DNA of 64,000 nucleotides from Balanoglossus misakiensis. Its lineage: Eukaryota > Animalia > Hemichordata. The stretch spans positions 17,874,728-17,938,727 of the forward strand of contig CM082578.2 in assembly GCA_040954595.2 (NCBI GenBank), read 5' to 3'. Below, one piece after another: positions 23,691 through 45,000 of this stretch; positions within the stretch are counted from its first letter, which is position 1, and each line of letters opens with the position of its first letter. The notes below the pieces were generated by a model. The model searched no databases and was not told the DNA's origin. It was given only the letters and a program-made list of their open reading frames with translations. Both the position numbers and the translations under genes were made by a program.

Positions 23691-26600
23691 GGTGAAGAGT
23701 CTCCTTGACAGATGAAGAAAATTGAAGGAAAGTTCGAAGGATGTCTTTTTTTCCCCTTTCTTTTACCAGGTTCCTCTCTTCCCTGCAGTGGGCAACCAGT
23801 GATAAAGTTCTGACAGAGCTGTAGATCATCAAATAAACAAAGTAAATGAGTTTCCTGGGACAGTCCATTCCAGGAATGGGTAAGGTCAACGGGATTGGGA
23901 ACAGTACATTCCACCATAGACCATAGACCCTGATTACACACCAGCCCTTGGTGTCATTTCACTCTAAGAAAACAAGTTGAGTTTATTTTGGATTAAAGTT
24001 TAGCCATTTTTTTTTGTTTTAATGTTTGCTTAAGAAGATATTCTGTGGTGATTCAAGAACATAAACATCTGGTTACTGAAATGTTTAAAGAGCTTTACAG
24101 TTACATAAGTAGCGCTAAACATGTCAGCAATAAACCATCATTCCAATCTTGGTATGTCTGGACAAATTCTGGCACAGTCCAGAATCCAGGGTTGGATGCC
24201 GAGGGAGTCAGTCAGTAGATCTACATAGTGATTTATTCTTCTGAAGTGTTATACTACTGAAGCGTGAACTTTCCTTGGTCTTTCCATCAATATCAGGTTC
24301 TGTGGACCAATGGGAGAAATCCTGTGACCTGTCACCTTGTGGTGAAATGTTATTTTAGGATTATTTACAGTCAGAGTCAGAAACAAAAGGATCTCAGTCT
24401 TCTAATCTGATTAAAATGAAATGTAGGGATTGGCTCCTTTCTCTCCCAGATTCCCTTTGTGTTGCCGGGTTCAATACTTCCTTTCAGTAGACACAGAATC
24501 AGCAGACAGAAAAGGCCATAAGAATGATTTCGGTGAAAACTGGCTATATCTCCACATCTGATTAGCATTCTAAATTATCTGTTACTTTTGTCAATAAACA
24601 ATGAAATTACAAGTTATGTAAAATCGTGGGTGATGACATTTTCAAATGTAAATACCAACTTCATATATGGCGGCTACAAATCTAACCCAGAGAGATAGTT
24701 GTGAGAGAAACGCAGAATCTTGTTGCTCTCTCAGCAAAATACAAAAAGCTACAGATTGTTTTCAGGTCTTACTGTATACATTATAAACTCCAGTTTGGTC
24801 TGGTTTCCCACATGGCTGAACTGAAGCCCTGAGGCATTATTATCAGAATAAACGAACAAAGAGTTACCACTGACTTTCACCTCCGTCATCTGTCTAGGGA
24901 GACCAACGGCATACTTCTTCTACTCCTTGTAGTGACTACGCTCCTGATCCTATGACCTTATAGTTTTTCAACACACCTCATATCCTGTATTTGTTACATA
25001 AGCATACAGTATTATTTTGGTGTGAAAGAATTACAACAAAAATTGAAAGTTATGTCGGGTGATGGGCCCAGCCCTAAATGCTTTGTTCAACAAAGAGTGG
25101 TCTTACATATTTGGGCTTGTATAACCAACCTTTAGGACAAGTATGACATTTTATTCAAAATTGATCATTGAATGTTAAAAGGTATGAACACTTCCACATT
25201 ACATAATTAGTACAATACATACTGTTTCCGAAATTGCTTTCCTGGTGGATGTATTCTTGCGGATAATTCAAGCATGGCATTGCAGTTCAGCTAGCCTGCC
25301 TTGCCCTCTGGCATTATTACTACACAGACCCATATATTCACATAACTGCTTCCCAAGTGTTGATAGATGCAAAAGTTCTGGCATTCTTTTTTTCCATCCT
25401 CAATGTGTTTGCTTTGGTTTCTCCCTGTAAACACTCATAACTTTTGCTCTCCCTAGCACGTGAAAAATTCATAAATTAACAGACAACATGGAAAACTACA
25501 AATACATGGGCGTTTAGGTGAAACATGGTTCTAAGTATGGATGCATGGCTCCATGTTTTGGACAAGCTGTAGGCAAGTCCAATACATTGCATAAGGAGAC
25601 CAGAGTCCATTGTTTAAGCACAGTCCCCGGTGGGACAGACTAGAGTAAACTGCTGTGATAAACATTTTGCAGAGGCTCATTTCTTAAAAAGCATAAAGTT
25701 TCAGTCGGTTTAATACTGACATCTCGTCTTACTAAAAGCATTTCCCTAGTATATTACTGCGTAGAAAAGTACAGTCAAATTACTGACAATTTGGTCCAAT
25801 TTATAAAGAAAACAAAATGGCTGCCAACTTGTATAGCCATCTGATTGGTTGTTTTTTTTCACTTGGGGGGGGGAGGGGGGTGAGAACTGACTTACACCAA
25901 ACTGTTTGTGGTCAAAATTTGTTTGGACAAAGGGTGCCTTATCACAATCTCTTGCTGGTATTTGTTTGAAGTTCATTACTTTCTAAGGAAAACCACTAGA
26001 GGGGAGATGATTGTTCGGATAATGTAAACAGACCAATTATATGTTCCAGTCTGACTGAGCAGGGATTAATTATACACAGAATGTGGGCGAGTTGGCTTAC
26101 TTGGAGTAAGGCAAAACCCATCTCAGATATAACAGAATGTGTAAATATTCAGGTTTCAATGATGTTGGCTGATTGACAATTTATACATCATTAATATAAT
26201 GCAAAAGTTTTTAGACATTGCAATCCAAGAGACACAGCCAAATTTCCGAGTTCATTTCAGTTTATTTCTTAGTAACATGTAACATGGATTAAAATCTGTT
26301 TTGATAACATTTGGGAAATGATGAAAACTTACAAGTTGAGACTTCTACCAACTGATGCTAAAAAAGCCTGAATACAAAACCTACCTCAAATAGTTCTATT
26401 AGAATACCTTAACTCTCATTCATATCTTTTCTTCAAATTCGGTACAAGTTTCTTTCTAAAATGAAACAAAGTACAGCTAAACACAGAAAAATACATAGTT
26501 CTGGGTAGTATTGGTAAAAATATTCAACAGCTATCAGACATGCTTGTGTATAACAAAACATAGGTCTAAGATTTGACTATCTGGTACTGTGTCTGCAGTC

Positions 26601-27365
26601 AGAATTTGAGAATAAAACCTATAAGGTCACAGCGAATGTACGTGTATAAAAGTGAAGGATTAAAATGTTTTCTCTGCAAGGAAGTAGAAAATGCAACACC
26701 ACGATCAATCACAATAGCTTACATGGCTGGTGATCGAATAAATTAACGATTTCATAGGGAAACAATTTCTGGAATAATAATTTCTGCTGTACAAATGATG
26801 AGAAGAGACTGCTGGTACACTCATGAAAAAAACCCTTCCCACCCATCTTCTGATGACGCTGACTGTTACAACATAACACTTTAAATGGTTACATAATAAT
26901 GTTCTCAAAGAAATACAAATATGACCATAATTTCTGCTCACTTTATAAGTACATAAAACATAAAACGACGTGAAAGTTGGAGGACCTTGCCGCCACAGTA
27001 TCCAATAGCATTCCACAATATCACAGCAGTGCAGTGCTTTGAAAGTGTGCAATACAAGCATGTCTTTGATTACTGTCCTACTGTGTATTTAATGTGAAGG
27101 GAAAATGTGTCTGGGAAACACATTACAAAATATATGCAAAATGGAAAAATTGCCAAGACCAACTTAGCAGGATAATGTCATATTTTCCCATCATGTGGCA
27201 GTGTTTGTATATTTGTGATACATGCTAGAAAGAACAACACTGTTACAAGTGGGAACCTGTCTAGATAATCCTTGTTGAATGTTGAAAACAAACTAGATAC
27301 AATGTTAAACAAATGCATAATGCGGCATGACATCAGAATACTGTTGTGTACCTATCAAATTGTTT

Positions 27366-37554
<10,189 letters not shown>

Positions 37555-38113
37555 CTCGTATTTCTTACGCTTGTCTGCGCGCTAAACTTCCAGGTGGTAT
37601 AAAATGTTTCAATCGACGTGAAATTCAACTAAAGTATGATCTTCCATCAAAATAGCGCCAAAAACAGAAGCCTGGCGGTGGAGGTAAAATGGCGCCCTCG
37701 TACATCAATTTAATTTGGCTCTCGTAATTTGCTCGGCATTCTTCGGAACGTACTGCGAATCATAGAGTGCCCGGATGTTGAATGTATGTAATATAGTACC
37801 ATATAACGATAGTTCCTATTCGTTCTCGTTGTGATAAGCTGGCTTTTGTGTAAGTCATTGGCCAATTGAAGCGCGTGTTGGAAAAGCACGTTCTGAACAT
37901 TATGTTTATTTGTTACTAGCAACTGGCCTTAGTTACAGCAGACCATAAAGAGATCGGTCGTCAGGAGTGGAGACACACATACACACTACAGATCCTGTCC
38001 AGTTCTCCCGACAAAAGCACTGTCATTTTTCTCGCAAGTAATCCCCTTCGTAAGATATTACCATTCTGACAGAAATTCCTTTTGCAGTGTTACATAGCTG
38101 ACAACATCTGAAG
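37555..38113. promoter_or_regulatory. Bidirectional promoter region shared by SMC1 and RIBC
   Basis: Divergent ATGs at 37554 (-) and 38114 (+); CpG-rich. E2F-type GCGCCAAA 37655-37662, YY1 AAAATGGCG 37686-37694, ATTGG/CCAAT 37857-37866, forkhead TGTTTAT 37903-37909, RFX X-box GTTACTAGCAAC 37912-37923. Confidence 0.75.
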
Positions 38114-40130
38114 ATGTATAAATTAGATCTGCCGATAGATCTGAAAGAAGCCGCTGCGATCGAGCGGAGACGAAATTTGGAACTCCAACGCCAGAGTAGA
38201 ATTTTCAATGCCAAAGTTCGTACTATTGGGGTAAGTGTATTTAATTTCATATAGTTTATAATCCGTGTCTCACGAATTTCCGCATTGTATTTGGAGAAAG
38301 TCAAGACAAGTGAAACAAGTTCAATCAGACTGTATTTTATTTACAACCCCGAGTTCTTTTCCATCATCATCATACCCTACAATCACTGCACATTGCAGGT
38401 TAAAATCAAAAGAAAATAACATAGGATCATGTTTTCTCAAATGTATAGGTTGACGTCAAGGCATTGGAAGAGCAAAGTAAAGACAGAAAACTACAAGAAG
38501 ACAGGGAGCAGATGAGAGACGAGGCATATGGTAGGTGTTGTTGTCATGGTCATGGAGGCAACATATGATGTTGTCAGTTTCACATTTTTACATCTGTGAA
38601 GTCGTTCAAACTATTATTCGTTATATGTGATGGAAATCTAGCCTGAGGCTGAATATTGTGGACGTTAGTGAGTACGACTTGTAAGAAGGTCATCCCTGGG
38701 GACTTTTTTTTCCAAATTATCCTGAATTTCAGTTATGATACACAACATTAACCACCTGACTGTACAGCAAGAATTCTTGCTCTATTGTCTAGGGTCTATG
38801 ATTTTGTGTTGACATAGATGATGTTGTACCTGAGGATAGAGTAGAACTAGCCTTGGAAGAAACAACTTTTCTGTGGTTGAAATAGTCTTGCACAGCAAGG
38901 TCTACTACAAGTAACAGTGGGGTTGACATTTTCCAAGGGTTTGTGAATATTGGTTAGAGTTGGCACATTGTTCAATATTGTTCACGTTTTCTCAAAAGTG
39001 TTTCATTCTCTCTTTTTTTGACAGCATCTGATATTGTTAGAAATGACAAAATTGCATCACTGTTGCAGAAGAGACAGGAGCAAGATATTCGTAACCTGAA
39101 CAAAGCACTGAATGAATTCCGCGATGTGAATCAGCAGCCAGAGAGTCGCCGGGAATGGGATTTGTATGATCCAGATTCCAAGAAGAAGGATAAGCCAGCC
39201 AGGGTGTCAGACGATGACCCTAGGTGTGGACCATCCAGTCTCCAGAAATTCGATGGGGAGGATCTGAATAACAAAGCCAGGAAGAAGTTGATGGAGGAAC
39301 AAATGAGAGAGTGGAGCAAAAGACAAGCCAAGGAGAGGGCGGCAGCAGAGGCCAGGCAGAAGGAAGCAGACAGACTCTATGAACTCAAAGCAAGAGAGCT
39401 TGATCAGCGTGCCTGTGAATTAGCCAAGGCAGAAGAAGAATGTCGTCGGGCCATCAATCAGTCTGTCAAAGACTACAACAAAGCTCTGGTAAGTACTTGG
39501 GTTCTCATCCCTAAATTCTACAGGTGCCATTTTAGATACATCAAATTGAATTACTCTGGTTGGTATACTCTACAGGGCAGATTTTAATTGTGATCTTTTA
39601 TTGAGCCGTATCACATCTATAACATTTTTTCATTTATCCACATTCTTTCATAGGAGGATGAGAGGAATGAGAAAGAAAGGCTTTCCAAGGAACAAGAACT
39701 GGATGACAATTTCACTGAAATGTCCAACCACATCTACGGTGACATCCTGACAGAAAACCCTGGTGTAGCCGAGAGCGCGTTTGGCCCTCATCGCGTCATC
39801 ACCGACAGGTGGAAGGGCATGTCCCCAGAACAGCTGGAGGAGATCCGTCGCATCCAGGATTTACAGAGGCAGGAAAAGAAGAGGATCGCCGACGATGAGA
39901 AGGAGAGAGACAAGGAGTGGGAGAAGCAGAGATTAGCCGATGCCAGAGCCGGAGAATTGATGGAGAGACAGCAGGATAGACTTAGGAAAGAACTGGACAA
40001 ACAGCAAGTTGAGAACAATGCCAAACTGGCTGCTGAACAACAAAGTCAAAAGGAATTTTTGGACAAAGAAGTGTATACCAATCCTCCAACAGCGGCCTTC
40101 TTTGATCAGTGGAACAAAACAAGTCGATAA
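38114..40130 (+). CDS. RIBC2: RIB43A-like coiled-coil protein (ciliary microtubule inner protein; RIBC1/RIBC2 co-ortholog), 4 coding exons
   Basis: Exons 38114-38230 ([20 protein letters not shown]...[11 protein letters not shown]), 38449-38530, 39025-39488, 39654-40130. Motifs [39 protein letters not shown] and terminal [14 protein letters not shown] typical of the RIB43A family. AATAAA near 40541. Confidence 0.93.
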
Positions 40131-41078
40131 ATTGCACATCTTGTACATAACTTTTTGTATATATAGTAGTAGGGAGACATCTATCTATAATCATCAACTC
40201 CTTTTTGATGTACAACATAATTGGGTGCTAACTACCATGGTTTTCAACAATCTCCACTTCATTGACATCCATCCCGTGTATGTTGCACATGTATTTCATA
40301 TCTTGTGACTATTCAAATGTATTACTTGCTCTTATGAAGAAATTGTGGTCATCTTATTTATTTAATCTTGTCTCTCGTGTATTTGCTGGAGATACAGGTT
40401 GGCAATGAATGACACAAGTAAATTCCAAACAGTTCCAATTTGACAGTGTTGCATTCAAATACCCAATGTTGTGTTTTGCTGTAATTTCATCACAAATTGC
40501 AAACCATTTGTATAGTATGGAGAAAGAATTTTATAGCTCAAATAAAATGTTTTTGACATGCAACATTGTGTGAAATGTGTTCTTTTGTAGTGCACTGCCT
40601 TACCGGTAATCTATTTGGCACACTCACCAATATTTGGGTATTCTCCATGCATGCAGGCATAAAATTATCACTTTGCATGTGATCCAAGTACACCCACTTC
40701 AATCTATCAATTCCAGTACCTTGTCTGGGTAATCAGCAGTAGATGGTATGTCCATGGCACATCACATCTGGGCTAATAGTGAGGAAGATTTGACAACTGC
40801 AATTATAATAGCACAGAAATTATGTTCTTTATATATACAATGAAAACTTTATTACATTTCACTTTTAAAATTACCAGAACATATGTAAATAATACTTTCA
40901 AAGCACTTGACAAAATACTGATCAAAATAATTACACATACATAGACTCACTAAATACACAGGCTTGAAGGACTGAACTACATATACATGGCAGTGAAATT
41001 AAATTTCTAGAAACCAGTCACACGTCCAATGTTCTTAATCAACACATTGGTTAATTTGCACAATACAAAATAAATATC

Positions 41079-41104
41079 AAAAAAAAAAAAAAAAAAAAAT
41101 TATT
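41079..41104 (-). terminator. Candidate HDAC11 poly(A) signal followed by a long U-tract; a second signal lies near 40848
   Basis: A plus-strand A run of about 20 followed by TTTATT reads AATAAA plus a T run on the minus strand; another TTTATT occurs near 40848. Confidence 0.45.
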
Positions 41105-42017
41105 GCTTTTAGCTTTTAGTTGTAATTCATGGCACGGGAATTTCTGAGAGCATTATACTCATGTTATCAATGCATTCATATTTGACATACATTCATCCAT
41201 CCATCCCTATATTTATACATACTACAGAGCTACCTTGATAACAAAATATAGATGTTTACAAATAGATAATTTATCATTTTTTGGAGGAAACAGAGGCAAA
41301 CTGAGGGGTACTACATTTACTGTCTTTATCAGGGGGTGTATATGACAGGATACTGACAAGATTGAGAGTGGATACACCTCTGTACCTCATATGACATGTA
41401 TATGAAATATAGCTAAGGTAATCCACCCCTTGTCATTATGTAACCCTAGCTTAAAAGTAACCATGTATGAAAAAATGTCTCCATGTACAAATGCAGCTTT
41501 CCTTTACATACACCTCCTCTCCTGTCCTAAGACAGTCACTCTGGATTGCTATAACGACTATTCTATCCTTGTAAAGGATGAATACGCAAATTACATTTTG
41601 TGGAAATGCCAATAAAAGTTACACAACATTTCTTGGCAACACAAGAATGTTACCAGAGCACCTTCGCAAATCTCTTGCATCGTCTAAGACAAAAATTATG
41701 TTTTCCACATACATTTCATGTACATGTTGTATGTTGATTTCAAATGAAATCTGTTCAAAGCGTATATGATTGACATTTCTTCATAATTCACAGCTAAAAA
41801 CAGCAGTCAAAGTTTGTAAAAATTTTCACATGTATTTTCAGTTCATACAAACACGTTGCATTTTACAGTAAGAATATTTACTTTGAGTTGATTGGATTTC
41901 ATAAAGTTGAAGGTGAAAGATTTGTTGCAATTTGTACATCACATACTCCTCCAGAGAAGTCCAATCCCTTGTAAAAAATGAGTAATAAAATTGTGCACCT
42001 CTGGTCATTCACAAAGT

Positions 42018-45000
42018 CTACGATAGTTTGGACATGGGTTTGGTAGGTGAGGTACTTCCCCCTGTGGCACCAGAAAATAATGACAACTTTGTTGATTCTG
42101 AAAAAAAAAGGGAAACATTAAGAAATGATGATGGCATATCTGTTATAGATAATACTGTATCATTCAGTGGGTGTAAATCATTAACCATCACAGTACAATG
42201 TACAATGAATTAGGGCCACATCTTACAGACCATAGCAATGAAATGTGTACCTGGAATACTGATCATCAATGATTGGAACCCTGCCTGAATATTCATCTCC
42301 TGCACATACTACAATGTAACACTAACAAATAATTGCAGGCATCTTTGCTGAACTCACTTGTCTCAGCTTGGAACGCTTCTGCATCAGGACATCCTATGAG
42401 ATTCTGCCGTCTAAGATTCAGAATGGAATTGGCAATAATTCTGGCGGTTCTTTTCTGGTAGCCCCCTGATGTCACCATCAATATAGGGATCCTCCTCTGC
42501 TGAGCAGCTTCAAAGACAATCTGATCTCTCTCTATGATACCCTGCAAAAGCAATGCCACAAAATTTGTCCAGAGGTAAGACTTTACTGAAATAGAATGTC
42601 ATAAAACAGTACATTTGGAATAATCAGCAAAATTTGACAAGTGGCTTCAACAATGACCACTGGTAGAAATAATCACTGCTGACAATAATTTCAAACATTC
42701 CTACTTCACACCTTTTGTTATACCATTCTAAATATATAGAAAGAAAGAAACAAACAAGAGGCTGAGGAATAACACTGACACGGGGGTTATGACTCACCTC
42801 TGGTGATATTGACAAGGCACCTAGTGGATCACCATCTAAAATATCTGTTCCAGCATTGTAAACTATTATGTCTGGAGTAAACTCTTCTAATGATGCCCGC
42901 AAGTTACTGCAAAAAAGGAATGATCATCTTTACTTTATATAAGTAGCATGCCGGTAGAAATTCATGTTGTTTCCTGAGCAAAAACAGGCAATGAAGAAGA
43001 CTAGGTTTTGAAAATACCAAAGATCAAACTCATACATGTAAGTGAGCCCAAATCAGAAAATGACTCACTCTCTAACTTTCTGTAGATACACAGCATCCTC
43101 TGTATAACTCATCAGTTCTACTTTCCTTTTTATTGCTCCTGAAAAAAACAATGGGATTCTTTCGTCAAAAATTTGGTCAAAGAACAGAGATACTAAATCA
43201 AACTCCATAAAGAACTGTTCCCCTGGTTTTCTCCTCCTCTAATGATCATTACAGACAAACAGCTCACGATGAAGCAGGTTTCATCTCATACTGAAAGTTC
43301 TTCATTTCACTGAAAAATCTGGCATTTCCATGACAACAGGAAATACAGTCAGGATTCAGTAGAAAACCTACTCTTTGCGAAACCATCATGAGGGTAGATG
43401 TGTCGGTTGTAGACGTCCATGATATAAACCCTGTTGTCCTCCATGAAGTCTCTTTCGTGTCCATTGCCTTGATGCGCATCAAGATCTACTATCATTGCTT
43501 TCTTGACACTTGGAACTCTATCAAACAGAAACTGATGTAAAAAAAAGCAAACAAATAATCAGTTACCATCAATTCCACAGCACTGCATTACTCCTGATAG
43601 AAACAGCAAATACAAAATAAACCATACAGGAATGGAGTCCAGACATACTTTGATTGCTAGTGTGATGTCAGCATAGGCACAGAATCCTCCTCCTCTATCA
43701 GCTGAACAGTGATGAAAACCACCACCGATGTTAATGGCCCATCCCCTCTCCACTGCCAGCTTTCCTGCCTGTAAGATGTCAAACCAACCAAAATCAAAAA
43801 CAGAGAAGTCACAGTTGCTACACACAACTTTGTAGAAGACAAATGCTCCATTAATACATGATGCACGATTCATGAGCACATGTCAACCGAAAATGTTGTT
43901 TTTACGGCAAACTTATGAATCAGTTTGTTTACTAATGCTTGTACTTAACGATGTTGGCAAACATCCTGACTGGAGCGAACATGGGGGACTTACCAGGATG
44001 GTTCCCCCTGCTTGAAATCGGAATGGCTTCAGGACTTTCCTCTGAACTATGAAATTTGGCAAGAGTGCAACTGGTGGCACTTCTGTGATGGTGGCTACAT
44101 TGATGCTCCACTGTAATCACAAACAGAACACAAAAGGATTATTACACTAATGTTTAGTATCATGCGAAAGTAAAATGTTGACCATATCAACCAACAGGCA
44201 AATTTTATCACATCCCGAATATTCAACACCTTTTTCTTTTATTTTTAGAAATTGATGATGAATTTATATTTCCTGTGTGGCATAGGCATAGGCCAGGCAA
44301 AACGTACGTGAAAAACAAAAGACGACTCTGCATGTACATTGCATGGGACACAGTTATTGTAACATTTGTAGGATTCTCAGGGATAGGGATCTTTCTTTGA
44401 TATGTACGAGTAGTAACCAGACATTTGCGACTACCCCCACACTACAAAGTGGAGTGAACCAACAGATATAGGAGTGATGTATGATAATGAGAGCGCACAT
44501 GTGTGTCAAATCACTACATCTGTGTCCAGGCATGTAACATTTCAAGCAAGCAGAACAGTCGAAAATAATGTACATAAATACACAGTAGATTAGCTGCTAT
44601 GACAACAAGAAGAGATGGCAAGCATTTTCATTGGCTTCTGGCCTCAGTCTACAGCCAATCACTAAATACCCTAGACAAAACAAAACACAACAAAACAAAA
44701 CAACAAATGCATGTATTTCATGTAATACTACTGTTCCCAGCAAGACAACCATACTTAGCCATGCATGCAAGACATACAGTACACTGGAACAATATAACAC
44801 CATATTACCCAAGCATTTACCTGCAAGGGTTGGGAAGGGAGGGTTGAGTTTATAAAGTTTGTGAAAAAAGGTTAAACTGTAACCAGTTAGTACAATGTTG
44901 TATTACAGCTAAAACATAAATAAAAATAAAAACAAAAGGAGCATTATTAATAATGCCTCTGGCTTTGAGAACAAATCACGTGGGTGGCTATACCTCGGGC

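Noticed and set aside
42018-42032. SKL near the HDAC11 C-terminus as a peroxisomal PTS1
   Set aside because: The protein ends SKLS*, so SKL is not terminal.
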